From Candidatus Parcubacteria bacterium (lineage in GTDB: Bacteria; Patescibacteriota; Minisyncoccia; SURF-38): 64,000 nucleotides of DNA. The notes under the pieces were generated by a model. It was not told the DNA's origin, did no database searches, and saw only the letters and a program-made list of their open reading frames with translations. Each line of letters begins with the position of its first letter. Position 1 is the stretch's first letter. The stretch is from NCBI GenBank assembly GCA_003599335.1, contig QZJN01000007.1, forward strand, positions 812 through 64,811, in the 5' to 3' direction. The position numbers and the translations under genes were made by a program. Below are positions 47,775-58,038 of this stretch, in pieces.

Positions 47775-48878
47775 TTAGAAAAATCTGTTTATGTCCTTTA
47801 TGGTTACAAAAATCATCAGTAAAATCAAAAGGAAAAATCCAAAAGCGTTTGCCCATTGTTCAACCTCTCTTTTTAGAGGTTTGCCTCTTAACTTTTCTAT
47901 TGCCAAAAAAAGCAGCCTGCCGCCATCAAGAGCCGGAAAAGGAAGAATGTTGATAAGAGCGATGTTCAAAGACAATATAGCAACAAGTTGAAGAATAAAT
48001 ACAAAACCAAGAGAAACCGTCTGGGCTGTTATTTTAACAATACCAACAGGGCCGGTAAGACTCTCCGACAACGTACCTGTTGTAAAAGCTTCTTTTATAA
48101 TCCCTCCTATAGCTCCTATAAAAACGGATAAAAGCCTTCCTGTTAGTTTTAATCCTTCCCAAGGAGCCTTATACCAAGGAGTTCTTATTAAAGCTGTCTT
48201 TAGCATTCCGATACCGAGAGCTCCTTCTCCCAAGGGAGGATCGATTCTCGGCGTAGCTGAAACAACCAATTCATCGTTCCCCCGCCTTATCTGTAAAACA
48301 ATTTCCTTACCAGCCTGAGCTTCAATGAAATTTCTAAATTCTGTAAGGGCGTCTTTGCGACCAAGCGCTTCGCTGGTTAAAAATATCTGACCTTGTGATT
48401 CGATTTGTAAAATTCCATCCCCGGCTTGAATACCGGCCAATTCCGCCGGAGAACCCTTTGCAACATCAATAACTGTAATCATTGGGTTTGATGCTCCGGG
48501 TGGTAATTCTCCCTCAAAACCACTCTGAACTCCAACCACCTGAACGGCCGTCAATAATAAATAAGCAAGCAATACATTCATTAAAACCCCGGCTGCCAAT
48601 ATAAGAGCCCTTTTTCTGGCCGGTTGGGCAGCAAAGCTTCCTGGTTCTTTTTGTTCGGAATCGTTCTCGCCAAATATTTTTACGAAACCTCCAAGCGGTA
48701 TAAGATTGAAAGAAAATAAAACCCCCTCTTTATTCCTTTTGCCAAAAAGTCTCGGCGGGAAGCCAAAACCAAACTCTTCAACCTTAACTCCGGATTTTTT
48801 GGCAGCAACGTAATGCCCCCATTCATGAACAAGGATCAAAACGGCTAAGGTTATAATAATGACGATTGTAGTCAACAT
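47775..48878 (-). CDS. rseP: RIP metalloprotease RseP (M50)
   Basis: HEWGH, PDZ domain, NILPFPALDGG. Confidence 0.95.
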   Translation of the reverse strand: MLTTIVIIITLAVLILVHEWGHYVAAKKSGVKVEEFGFGFPPRLFGKRNKEGVLFSFNLIPLGGFVKIFGENDSEQKEPGSFAAQPARKRALILAAGVLMNVLLAYLLLTAVQVVGVQSGFEGELPPGASNPMITVIDVAKGSPAELAGIQAGDGILQIESQGQIFLTSEALGRKDALTEFRNFIEAQAGKEIVLQIRRGNDELVVSATPRIDPPLGEGALGIGMLKTALIRTPWYKAPWEGLKLTGRLLSVFIGAIGGIIKEAFTTGTLSESLTGPVGIVKITAQTVSLGFVFILQLVAILSLNIALINILPFPALDGGRLLFLAIEKLRGKPLKREVEQWANAFGFFLLILLMIFVTIKDINRFF

Positions 48879-48880
48879 GC

Positions 48881-49447
48881 TTATTTTGTCGTTAATTCTT
48901 TTTCTTTTTGCTCAATTAAATCTTCTGTTTTTTTATTAAACTCATCAATGATTTTCTGAATTTGATCCTTGAACTTAAACCTCTCGTCTTCGCTTAAAGC
49001 CTTATCTTTATATAAAGCTTCAATCTGCTTATTGGCCTTTTCCCTTGCAAGCCTGATTTTTATTTTTGCCCCCTCACCGTAATCATGAACAAGCTTTATT
49101 AACTGGCCCCTGCGCTCTTGGGAAAGCGGCGGCAACGATAACCTGACGGTATCTCCGTCGGCTATAGGTGCCAATTGCAACTCTGATCTGCTTATAGCTT
49201 GGGCTATTGACGGTAAAACCGTCTTATCCCAGGGTTCAATAACAATTGTGCTTGGGGGAAGAATATTTATAGCGGCAACCTGTTTCAATGGCATCTTGCT
49301 CTGATAACAATCAATCATGATATTTTCAACGAGCGCGGGTGAAGGTCGCCCGGAACGGACTTGGCTCAATTCCTGCTTAAAATGTTCCATACCAGAAGAA
49401 CATTCTGCCTCGAGAACTTTTTTTATTTCATCAGCGGATCCCTGCAT
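48881..49447 (-). CDS. frr: Ribosome recycling factor
   Basis: VRSGRPSP, IEPWD, LPPLSQERR; start at the ATG at 49447. Confidence 0.95.
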   Translation of the reverse strand: MQGSADEIKKVLEAECSSGMEHFKQELSQVRSGRPSPALVENIMIDCYQSKMPLKQVAAINILPPSTIVIEPWDKTVLPSIAQAISRSELQLAPIADGDTVRLSLPPLSQERRGQLIKLVHDYGEGAKIKIRLAREKANKQIEALYKDKALSEDERFKFKDQIQKIIDEFNKKTEDLIEQKEKELTTK

Positions 49448-50519
49448 AAATAATCTTGTCGTTATTATAATTAACAATTATAACGCCAACTCTTTTAGAT
49501 GTAGGCAACTGAACGGCATTCCAAGAATCTCCAGAATCTAAACTCCTATGAACCTGCGAACTTGCTCCAAGTAATATTAAGTTTCTGTTTTGGTTAGAAA
49601 AAGCAACGCTCTCAATCGGCAAAAATTGAGGAGGCACAATCGTTCTAACCAAAGACCAAGTTAAACCATTGTCTTCGGATTTAATTAAGCCAAAAGCCGT
49701 TCCGGCATAAACGGTTGATTGTAAAGATGGATGAAAAATAATTGTTTTGATATCTCTTGCCGAAGAAGAAAGTTTATTCAGATTGCTCGTAACCTCCGTC
49801 CATGTCCTGCCGTTATCGCTGGAACGAAATAATTTACGCTCATTTGTATAAACCAGCATGATACCGTTTTTCGGGTTAATCTCTATTGTGCTTATGGCGC
49901 CCGGAAACCATCTTAAAATTTTCCATGAAATTCCGTAGTTTTCGCTAACCAAAAATCCTCCCTGGGCTGTCCCTGCATACAAATCATCATTGAAAGGATT
50001 TTGAGCTAAAGAGAAAACTCCAATATTATTTACTGGCGCAAGATAGATTCTTTCAAAAAAATCCTTACCGTCCCACTTAATAATAGAACCAAGGCCATTT
50101 GAAAAAACAGCAAGATAAATGCTCCTTTGACCAGAATTCTTCCCAAAAACAAGCTTATAAACGGTTGATTCCTGCCCAAGCCCAACGGCTTCATTGCTAA
50201 TAAGCTTAAAAGTTTCTCCCATGTCTTCAGACAAATAAAGGCCCCTGCCAAGGAAAGAAACAAATATTTTTTTATCATTTTGATCATCAATGATGGCAAA
50301 TAAAAGATTATCTTTGCCACTGCTGATATCTGGCAAATTTGAAAGACCATTCCAAGTTAAACCGCCGTCATCTGATTTAAAAACAACCTGCGCTCCCTTT
50401 TGAGTATCACGCCCCAAACCAAAACCATCGGGTATCAAAGGCCCTGCGATTTTTGGAATAACAAAGATAACCACAATCACAACTATAAATATTATTATAA
50501 AAACTATTGCGGCCTGCAT
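49431..50519 (-). CDS. Membrane-anchored BNR/Asp-box beta-propeller protein
   Basis: Repeated SxDxGxTW boxes (SDDGGLTW, SSDNGRTW, SEDNGLTW, SLDSGDSW); start at the ATG at 50519. Confidence 0.85.
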   Translation of the reverse strand: MQAAIVFIIIFIVVIVVIFVIPKIAGPLIPDGFGLGRDTQKGAQVVFKSDDGGLTWNGLSNLPDISSGKDNLLFAIIDDQNDKKIFVSFLGRGLYLSEDMGETFKLISNEAVGLGQESTVYKLVFGKNSGQRSIYLAVFSNGLGSIIKWDGKDFFERIYLAPVNNIGVFSLAQNPFNDDLYAGTAQGGFLVSENYGISWKILRWFPGAISTIEINPKNGIMLVYTNERKLFRSSDNGRTWTEVTSNLNKLSSSARDIKTIIFHPSLQSTVYAGTAFGLIKSEDNGLTWSLVRTIVPPQFLPIESVAFSNQNRNLILLGASSQVHRSLDSGDSWNAVQLPTSKRVGVIIVNYNNDKIIYAGIR

Positions 50520-50521
50520 AA

Positions 50522-51475
50522 TTATGTTTGCTGCCCAATGGGCAATTTCCACATTACTTTTTCCCAACCAATTCTACTATTAACGTTTGTGGATTGAATA
50601 AGACCAATCAATTCTATGACCTCCTTAGCCCAAACAAAAAAATTATTGTTCAAAACTTTAGATAAAGAGTAAGAAAAACCTCTACTAAAGTCTTTAGAAA
50701 TACCCAACGAATCAAGTAATTGAAGATGAATCATATTGCAGACCAAAACCGATAATTCATTGCCGCTTTCTGATTCTTCTGCAAATTTTTTCCACTCATT
50801 CCAGGAAAAAACCTTATCTCCCGAAAAAACTGATAATAGCTCACTGATGATTTTTTCTCCTTTGCCTTCACTTAGCCAAGTTTTAAAATTAAAAACCAAT
50901 CCCGGTCTGCCTTGGACGAAAAGTTTTAGCAATGCCTTATTAACTTTTACATCACTGAAGTTATAAAAACCCGTCATCAAAGAAGAGGGCACCGATCCAA
51001 AAAAAGTGCTGGCTACACGAGAAATTATTGTATCTGGCAGTTTTTCAGGCTGACTTGTAACTAAAAAGAAATAAACACCTTCATAAGGCTCCTCCAGGGT
51101 CTTTAAAAGAGCATTTGCAGCCTCCTGGTTCAATAAATGAGCATTATCGATAAGTATAATTCTAGGACCACCGTAAGAGCTCTTAAAAGATAATTTGCGT
51201 TTTAAAAATCTTATATCCCCAATCTTTATCTCTTCAGAGGCTTCACCGATGAAAATAAAATCTTGATTTTTATCAAGACCAAATCGGCAAGAATTACACT
51301 TACCACATGGAGCAACCTTCTTTTTTTCTTCACAAAACATAAAAGTTGCCAATTCTTTAGCGACATTTTTTTTACCCACCGCCTCCGGACCTCTAAAAAG
51401 GTTGGCGTGACCAAGATTGCCTTGGATAAAAGCTTCTTTCAAAAAATTTAGTTGTCTTTCGTGCCCCACAACCAT
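50522..51475 (-). CDS. holB: DNA polymerase III delta' subunit
   Basis: VVGHE, HANLFRGPEAVGK, C..C Zn motif, AANALLKTLEEP, TIISR. Confidence 0.92.
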   Translation of the reverse strand: MVVGHERQLNFLKEAFIQGNLGHANLFRGPEAVGKKNVAKELATFMFCEEKKKVAPCGKCNSCRFGLDKNQDFIFIGEASEEIKIGDIRFLKRKLSFKSSYGGPRIILIDNAHLLNQEAANALLKTLEEPYEGVYFFLVTSQPEKLPDTIISRVASTFFGSVPSSLMTGFYNFSDVKVNKALLKLFVQGRPGLVFNFKTWLSEGKGEKIISELLSVFSGDKVFSWNEWKKFAEESESGNELSVLVCNMIHLQLLDSLGISKDFSRGFSYSLSKVLNNNFFVWAKEVIELIGLIQSTNVNSRIGWEKVMWKLPIGQQT

Positions 51476-51533
51476 TTCGTTATTTTTTTAAACTTTTACA
51501 AAAGTTTACCTATCTAACTTTAACTCTTGCTTT

Positions 51534-52541
51534 TTACTTTTTAGACATAATCGAGCGCTTATAAATCTCCAGATTATCAAGAGCTAGTCCCGTACCCTTA
51601 GCCACACATAACAACGGCTCTGAAGCTATATATGCAGCCACTCCCGTTTCTTTTGTTAAAAGACTGTCTATATTTTTAAGCAAAGCGCCACCCCCCGAAA
51701 TAACCATCCCTTTTTCAATTATGTCTGCCGCCAATTCCGGCGGTGTCTTTTGCAAGACGTCCTTAACGGCTTTAACCATTTCATCCAACTCATCCTTCAT
51801 TGCTTCGGTAATTGAATTATTCGACACCTTAATTGTCTTAGGCAAACCATCGACCAAATCCCTTCCCCTGATTTCCGTAAACTCTTCTTTTTTGGAAGTC
51901 ATAGCCGATCCTATTGCCATTTTAATTTCTTCAGCTGTTTGTTCTCCTATAGCAAGACTGTGTTTTTTTCTTAAATACTCGATAATCGCCGCGTCCAATT
52001 TATTACCGCCGACTCGTTTAGAATTCCAGGCAACAATCCCACCAAGAGAAATAACAGCTATCTCAATCGTCCCTCCCCCTATATTCACAATTAAATTTCC
52101 GGAAGACTCGTTGATTGGCAAATTAGCTCCAATAGCAGCTAAAATAGGCTCTTTTACAACATAGGCCGCTTTTGCCCCAGCCTGCAAAGCAGCCTCGATG
52201 ACGGCACGCCTTTCCGTCGAGGTAATCCCGGCAGGAACCGAAATCATAACATCGGGCCTAAACAACCTAAATCTCCCAAAAGCTTTATTGATAAAATAAG
52301 AAAGCATCGCTTGAGTCATTCTATAATCGGCTATCACCCCATCTTTTAAAGGCTTTGTTGCAATTATAGAATCTGGTGTTCTTCCCAACATTTCTTTAGC
52401 AACATTACCAACGGCGAGAATTTTTTCATCATCAACACCGACAGCAACGACAGAGGGCTCGTTTATAATAACCCCTCTGCCCGGCACAAAAACCAGAGTA
52501 TTTGTTGTCCCCAAATCAATCCCAAGTTTACGTATAAGCAT
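51534..52541 (-). CDS. mreB: Second MreB paralog
   Basis: GIDLGTTNT, EPSVVAV, PLKDGVIAD, NIGGGT. Confidence 0.93.
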   Translation of the reverse strand: MLIRKLGIDLGTTNTLVFVPGRGVIINEPSVVAVGVDDEKILAVGNVAKEMLGRTPDSIIATKPLKDGVIADYRMTQAMLSYFINKAFGRFRLFRPDVMISVPAGITSTERRAVIEAALQAGAKAAYVVKEPILAAIGANLPINESSGNLIVNIGGGTIEIAVISLGGIVAWNSKRVGGNKLDAAIIEYLRKKHSLAIGEQTAEEIKMAIGSAMTSKKEEFTEIRGRDLVDGLPKTIKVSNNSITEAMKDELDEMVKAVKDVLQKTPPELAADIIEKGMVISGGGALLKNIDSLLTKETGVAAYIASEPLLCVAKGTGLALDNLEIYKRSIMSKK

Positions 52542-52673
52542 TAAGATAAAACTTACTAAACAAAATAACCAATTCTCAAAAAATCCCTATAAAAACTTGA
52601 TTAATTCTACATCAACTCTTTGATTTTGGCAATTCCAAAAAGGCGGTGATACTATGAATCAAAACCCAAATCG

Positions 52674-54062
52674 ATGGATCAAAAGACAAAAAGAAAACTT
52701 AGAATACTAAGCCTTATATTATTCATTGTCGGCGGGATTCTTTTGTCTGGCTATTCCAGGGGGTATCGTTTTGATTGGGAAAAAGGAAAGTTGGTTCAAA
52801 CGGGCGGTTTTTTTATACAAAATAATCAAGAAAGAACAACCGTCAGCATTAATGGTAAAGACCAAAAAACAAACAAAAGAATCTTCTTAACCAAAGGTGC
52901 CTTGGTTGAAAACCTCATACCTCAAACATATGAAGTTTTTATTGAAGGCGATGGTTTCGAACCGTGGTATAAACAATTACCAGTTCATCCCGGATTCATA
53001 ACGGAAATAAAGTTTGTAATCTTATTTCCAAGAAATATAGAGTTGGAAAAAATAGACGATATTGAAAAAGAATTGGTTATAGTTCGAAATGACGGACTTT
53101 TTTATATAACTAGAGATAAAAACGGGTTATTTCTAAAAATCAACGAGCCCGATGGCAAGCATGCCATGATTATAAAACTCCCGAAATTCGGGTCCGATGA
53201 AAAAAACATATTACTAAAAGGAATGTCCTCAAGTAAAAATTACGCAGTTTTTGCAGACGAATCGACCGACCAATGGTTTGCCTTCAACTTAAAGGAACAA
53301 AAAATTGATATTCTGAGCGTAAATACCATAGACTCTTTTGCCTTTGATGAAAATGACAATCTATACATATTTAAAGACGGTAAGTTATACATAAAAAGAC
53401 CAGCCGATCAATCAGTCGCCTTATTCTTAGAAAAACAAATTTTGGGTTTTACAATTTTTAACAATGAAATTTTCTATATAAACAAAGCTTCTTCCAGTCT
53501 TGAAAAAATAAACAGAAACGGCAGAAACAATATTAAAATCGCAGATCTTGAAGTTAAAAACAATCTCCCAAAAACAATAAACGTTATCAATGAATCAACA
53601 ATTGCTCTTTATGGGGAAAACTCTGACTTTACGCTTATAGAAACAAGCCAATCAAGGGAAATGAAGAAAACACTAATCGACAAAGACATCCAGCAAATAA
53701 GTTTTGATAAAAATAAAGAGAAGATTGCATATATAAAAAAGATAAATGAAGTTTTTGAGTTATGGATTTATTATACAAAAAGTTTTGATCAACAACCCCA
53801 AAAACCAAAGGGTTCAAAAGAATTAATTTTAAAATCAACCACAGATATAGAAAAAATAGATTGGTTCCAATATAAAGACTTCTCACAACATTTGTTTTGG
53901 CTTTCAGACAAAACCATCAATATAACCGAAATAGATAACCGCGATAGACTAAACACCTATCGTCTGGCAACCGATGTCTCTGATTTCTTCTATAAACCGT
54001 CTGAACAAATTTTGTTGGAAATTAAAACAGATGGGATTTGGCAGGCCAAAATAAATCTCTAA
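52674..54062 (+). CDS. Membrane-anchored PEGA-like / beta-propeller hypothetical protein
   Basis: TM followed by GYRFD...QTGG and Y.V.I...GFEPWYKQL.V patterns typical of CPR PEGA proteins. Confidence 0.7.
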   Translation: MDQKTKRKLRILSLILFIVGGILLSGYSRGYRFDWEKGKLVQTGGFFIQNNQERTTVSINGKDQKTNKRIFLTKGALVENLIPQTYEVFIEGDGFEPWYKQLPVHPGFITEIKFVILFPRNIELEKIDDIEKELVIVRNDGLFYITRDKNGLFLKINEPDGKHAMIIKLPKFGSDEKNILLKGMSSSKNYAVFADESTDQWFAFNLKEQKIDILSVNTIDSFAFDENDNLYIFKDGKLYIKRPADQSVALFLEKQILGFTIFNNEIFYINKASSSLEKINRNGRNNIKIADLEVKNNLPKTINVINESTIALYGENSDFTLIETSQSREMKKTLIDKDIQQISFDKNKEKIAYIKKINEVFELWIYYTKSFDQQPQKPKGSKELILKSTTDIEKIDWFQYKDFSQHLFWLSDKTINITEIDNRDRLNTYRLATDVSDFFYKPSEQILLEIKTDGIWQAKINL

Positions 54063-54096
54063 AAAAATAAAGCCGCTTTAAAGCGGCTTTATTTTT
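54062..54096. terminator. Bidirectional terminator
   Basis: AAAAATAAAGCCGCTTTAAAGCGGCTTTATTTTT palindrome between convergent genes. Confidence 0.85.
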
Positions 54097-54602
54097 TAAC
54101 GCTTCGCCCACTGAGGAGCTCGTCTTGCTTTCTTAAGACCATATTTACGACGCTCCTTCATTCGCGGATCCCTGGTTAGAAAGCCTAACTTTCTTAGATA
54201 CCTTCTATATTCTTCGTCAACCTCAAGCATAGCTCTTGCAATACCGTGTCTCACGGCCTCTGCTTGAGAATTAATCCCGCCGCCTCTTACCTTAACCGAA
54301 ATCCCGAATTTTTCTTTTGGTTGCAAAGACTGCACCGGAGCTTCAACGGCTTCCTGCCAAACATGATAAGGGAAGTAGACTTTATAATCCTTATCATTTA
54401 CTTTTATTCCGCTGCCATTCAATTCCAACCTAACCCTGGCAACCGAGGTTTTCCTGCGACCAACAGCTTCAAAGTATTTTCTTTTATCTTGTTGTTCGGT
54501 TTTTTCTTTGGAATGAATTTTAACATCATATGTTTTTTGATGATGTTTTAAAGTCTGTTTTTTCACTTCTTTTGAAGCTTGTGGTTTTTTCTTTCCTTTC
54601 AT
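54096..54602 (-). CDS. rpsI: 30S ribosomal protein S9 (Lys-rich N-terminal extension)
   Basis: VGRRKTSVARV, GGGINSQAEAVRHG, RRAPQWAKR. Confidence 0.97.
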   Translation of the reverse strand: MKGKKKPQASKEVKKQTLKHHQKTYDVKIHSKEKTEQQDKRKYFEAVGRRKTSVARVRLELNGSGIKVNDKDYKVYFPYHVWQEAVEAPVQSLQPKEKFGISVKVRGGGINSQAEAVRHGIARAMLEVDEEYRRYLRKLGFLTRDPRMKERRKYGLKKARRAPQWAKR

Positions 54603-54606
54603 TTTT

Positions 54607-54963
54607 TTATTTATTAAAAACAATTTTTAATCTCTTCAATCTTTGCTTTTTCAACCTATTAGCTGGCAACATTCCGGCAACCGCGGTGTACAAAACCCTG
54701 TCTGGATGTTTTTCCAACAAAACTCTCAATGGAGTCTGCTTCATTCCTCCGGGATAACCGGAATAACGTTTATATTTTTTTTGATCCAATTTAGATCCAG
54801 AAAATCTTATTTTCTCAGCATTAACAATCTCAACCCAAGGTCCGGACTTTTGATTCGGAGTATATTTGGGGTCGCCCTTACCCATCAATAAATGCGCAGC
54901 TCTACTGGCGACCCTGCCAAGAATTTCCCCCGAAGCATCTATTTTGTGAACAACAGCATCCAT
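54607..54963 (-). CDS. rplM: 50S ribosomal protein L13 (short)
   Basis: IDASGEILGRVAS, YSGYPGG, AVAGMLP. Confidence 0.96.
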   Translation of the reverse strand: MDAVVHKIDASGEILGRVASRAAHLLMGKGDPKYTPNQKSGPWVEIVNAEKIRFSGSKLDQKKYKRYSGYPGGMKQTPLRVLLEKHPDRVLYTAVAGMLPANRLKKQRLKRLKIVFNK

Positions 54964-54966
54964 AAA

Positions 54967-55314
54967 TTAAATAAGTTCCAAAATAACCATCGGAGCGGCG
55001 TCTGATTTTCTTACGCCAATCCTTATTATCCTCGTATACCCCCCAGAACGACTTGAATAACGTGGGGCAATATCTTTTATGAGTTTAGAAGTAACCCTTG
55101 GACTCAACCCCTGTAATATATTGCGCCGAACAGCTAAATCAGGACTTTTTGCTTTAGTAATAAACTTTTCGGCAATTGGAGTTGTAGCCTTGGCTTTTGT
55201 AAGGGTGGTTGTAATCCTGCCACGAAGAAATAAGGCTGTAACCAAAGCCTTTTTTAAAGCATTACGCTGATCTTTCTTTCTTGATAGTTTTTTACCCTTT
55301 CTTAAATGTTTCAT
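54967..55314 (-). CDS. rplQ: 50S ribosomal protein L17
   Basis: MKHLRKGKKLSR, ITTTLTKAK, RSGGYTRIIR. Confidence 0.97.
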   Translation of the reverse strand: MKHLRKGKKLSRKKDQRNALKKALVTALFLRGRITTTLTKAKATTPIAEKFITKAKSPDLAVRRNILQGLSPRVTSKLIKDIAPRYSSRSGGYTRIIRIGVRKSDAAPMVILELI

Positions 55315-55336
55315 TAATTTACCTTCTCAGCCTTAT

Positions 55337-56341
55337 TTATTCTTCGGTCAATCTAAGAGTTAGTCCGAGTTTACCCAATTCTTTTTTTATTTCTTTTAAC
55401 CCTTTTTCTCCAAGACCTCTTAATGCCTTTACATCTCTCTCGGTCCTTGAAACCAAATCATTAATATTATAAATATTAGCCCTACTCAAAGCGTTAAAAG
55501 TTCTGGGGGAAAGATTAAGGGAACTAACGTTTTGAGATGAATCCCCTTCTGGCTCTTCGGACTTTTCTGCTTCAGCCACAGGTTCTGCTAAAGGTATTGC
55601 CGAAGTAGTTTTTATGTTTTCCTCCTCAACTTTTTTTGGCTTGGAAGAAACTTTTGCCTCTATTCCAACTAAAAGTTCTTTGAACTGATCAACTAAAATT
55701 TGAACCGCCTGACGCAACGCTTCTTCCGGACTTATTGTGCCGTCTGTCTCCAATGTTAATCTAATCAAATTATAATCGGTTCTTTCTCCAACACGCATGT
55801 TTTCAATCTCATAATTAACCTTCCTCACAGGAGTAAAAATCGCATCAAGAGCAATAGTGCCTGTGGTCAGTTTTTCTTTACGTCTTTGTTCCGCGGTTTG
55901 ATATCCGATACCCTCTTCAACCTCAAGCTCCATCTCAAACTCTGCTTTTTTGTCTGTAAGGGTTGCAATATGAAGATCTGGGTTCATGATTTCGACTTGC
56001 GACGGGCACTGAATATCTCCAGCCTTAACCTCTCTTTCTCCCTTTACCTTTATGGATAATTTTTGCGACTGACCGCCAAAAAGTCTCAACCGGACCTGCT
56101 TTAAATTCAGCATTATCTCAACCACATCCTCAAGAACATGAGGAATTGTGGAAAATTCATGGCTTACGCCCTTTATCTTAACCATTGAAATGGCTGCTCC
56201 TCTTAAAGATGATAATAAAATCCTTCTTAGGGCGTTGCCGATTGTTGTGCCGTAACCTGGATATAAATTTTCTATCTCAAAAACAGCTTCGTTGTTTTTT
56301 TGAGATATCAACCTTGGCGGATTTGGTAATGTTATTAACAT
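55337..56341 (-). CDS. rpoA: RNA polymerase alpha subunit
   Basis: GYGTTIGNALRRILLSS, HEFSTIP.VLED, alpha-CTD LSPRTFNAL. Confidence 0.98.
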   Translation of the reverse strand: MLITLPNPPRLISQKNNEAVFEIENLYPGYGTTIGNALRRILLSSLRGAAISMVKIKGVSHEFSTIPHVLEDVVEIMLNLKQVRLRLFGGQSQKLSIKVKGEREVKAGDIQCPSQVEIMNPDLHIATLTDKKAEFEMELEVEEGIGYQTAEQRRKEKLTTGTIALDAIFTPVRKVNYEIENMRVGERTDYNLIRLTLETDGTISPEEALRQAVQILVDQFKELLVGIEAKVSSKPKKVEEENIKTTSAIPLAEPVAEAEKSEEPEGDSSQNVSSLNLSPRTFNALSRANIYNINDLVSRTERDVKALRGLGEKGLKEIKKELGKLGLTLRLTEE

Positions 56342-56358
56342 AGTTTTTATAAAAATTA

Positions 56359-56988
56359 TTAGCGAGAATAATACTCAACTACAAACTGAAGGTTGGGGGC
56401 ATCCTGAACTTCCTCAAGATTCGGGGAGCCAACAACTTTGGCGACAAATTTATCTTTATCCATTTCAATCCACCCCGGAGGAGTATATCTTTTTAGATGG
56501 TTTCCAAGATCCTTAAATAAAGGAGAATTTTTGGATCTTTCATAAATACTTACCATATCCCCCTTCTTAACAGCGCAACTTGGCAGATTATTTCTCTTTC
56601 CATTTACCGCTATATGGCCATGAGAAACGATTTGTCTTGCGATGGTTCGGGAAATCGCCAAGCCAGATCTGAAAACAACATTATCAAGCCTGGTTTCCAA
56701 TTTTTGATACAAAGCCTGAGCCGTATTGCCGATAGCCTTTGAGGCTTCTTTAAAATATTTTTCAAGCTGTCTTTCGGGGATATTATAACCAAATCTAACT
56801 TTTTGTTTTTCTAAAAGATGAGAACCATAATCTGAAACGTTGAATTTCCTGCGCTTGCCATGAAAACCGGGCGGAGCTGGATTTCGGATCATGGCGTGTT
56901 TTTGAGAATAAGAACGTTCCCCCTTCAGAAAAAGGTTTTGTCCGACCCTGCGGGATAATTTTTCTTTTGGACCCAAAGCTGGACGCAT
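56359..56988 (-). CDS. rpsD: 30S ribosomal protein S4
   Basis: LLEKQKVR, LETRLDNVVFR, ARQIVSHGH, VVEYYSR. Confidence 0.98.
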   Translation of the reverse strand: MRPALGPKEKLSRRVGQNLFLKGERSYSQKHAMIRNPAPPGFHGKRRKFNVSDYGSHLLEKQKVRFGYNIPERQLEKYFKEASKAIGNTAQALYQKLETRLDNVVFRSGLAISRTIARQIVSHGHIAVNGKRNNLPSCAVKKGDMVSIYERSKNSPLFKDLGNHLKRYTPPGWIEMDKDKFVAKVVGSPNLEEVQDAPNLQFVVEYYSR

Positions 56989-56991
56989 ATA

Positions 56992-57435
56992 TTAAACTCT
57001 CCTTGTTTTTGGAGGACGAGGACCGTTATGAGGCATTGGCGTAACGTCCTTTATATAGATAATTTCAAAACCCTTATTGGCCAAAGTTCTTATCGCCGAT
57101 TCACGACCAGAGCCTATGCCTTTAACCAAAACTCCAAGCTCAGAAACGCCATCTTTTTTAGCTTTATCACCAACTATTTCGGCAACTTTTGAAGCCGCAA
57201 AAGGAGTTGATTTTTTAGTACCCTTGAACCCAGAGGCTCCGGCAGATGTACTGACAATAACATTTCCAGATTCGTCTGTTATGGAAATAATTGTGTTATT
57301 GTAGGTTGCAGAAACATGAGCGACTCCTCTTGAGACTCTGTGTTTTGCTTTAGAAGTTGCCGCGGCTTTTGGTTGACCACCCTCAACAACTAAAGTTTCC
57401 TCTTCGGCTTTTTTAATAATTCTTTTTTTACCCAT
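56992..57435 (-). CDS. rpsK: 30S ribosomal protein S11
   Basis: ATYNNTIISITD, KKSTPFAA, DVTPMPHNG. Confidence 0.98.
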   Translation of the reverse strand: MGKKRIIKKAEEETLVVEGGQPKAAATSKAKHRVSRGVAHVSATYNNTIISITDESGNVIVSTSAGASGFKGTKKSTPFAASKVAEIVGDKAKKDGVSELGVLVKGIGSGRESAIRTLANKGFEIIYIKDVTPMPHNGPRPPKTRRV

Positions 57436-57442
57436 AAAGTAC

Positions 57443-57463
57443 CTAAATACTAAATTCTAAATA
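57443..57463 (-). repeat. Three tandem heptamers TATTTAG/AATTTAG/TATTTAG upstream of rpsK
   Basis: Read on the minus strand; ends 7 nt before the rpsK ATG. Confidence 0.7.
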
Positions 57464-57470
57464 CAAAAGT

Positions 57471-57860
57471 TTATGTCGGCGACGCTGCTGGTTTTCGCCC
57501 GGAACCAACCGTTTTTCTTACATTACCCCTGACAGTTCTTGAATTCGTTTTTGTTCTTTGTCCTCTGGTTGGTAACCTGCGAGAATGCCTCATTCCCCTA
57601 AAAGAAGTTATTTCCTTTAGCCTTTTTATATTCATTAAAACTTCCCTTCTTAAATCACCTTCAACTTTATGTTTCTTTTCAACAATTTCTCGAACTCGGT
57701 TAATTTCTTCATCGGTCAACTCTTTCGCTCGCTTATTTTTATCAATTTTAGCCTGAGATAAAATCTTCTCTGAAAGCGAACGTCCAATCCCGTAAACGTA
57801 AGTTAAAGCAACTTCCAATCTTTTATCTTCTGGTATATTTACACCGGCAATTCTTGGCAT
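57471..57860 (-). CDS. rpsM: 30S ribosomal protein S13
   Basis: MPRIAGVNIP, ALTYVYGIG, RGQRTKTNSRT. Confidence 0.98.
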   Translation of the reverse strand: MPRIAGVNIPEDKRLEVALTYVYGIGRSLSEKILSQAKIDKNKRAKELTDEEINRVREIVEKKHKVEGDLRREVLMNIKRLKEITSFRGMRHSRRLPTRGQRTKTNSRTVRGNVRKTVGSGRKPAASPT

Positions 57861-57866
57861 GATTTT

Positions 57867-57980
57867 TTATCCCTGGCGTTGTTTGTGTTTTGGATTTGAA
57901 CAAATTACATAAACTCGACCCTTACGTCGGATGACTTTACACTTAGCGCATATTTTTTTAACAGAAGCTCTTACTTTCAT
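57867..57980 (-). CDS. rpmJ: 50S ribosomal protein L36
   Basis: [37 protein letters not shown]. Confidence 0.98.
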   Translation of the reverse strand: MKVRASVKKICAKCKVIRRKGRVYVICSNPKHKQRQG

Positions 57981-58038
57981 AAACGATAATAATCGAGCCC
58001 TCATTGCGAGGACATTGTATGCAAATTGAACGGAAGTT

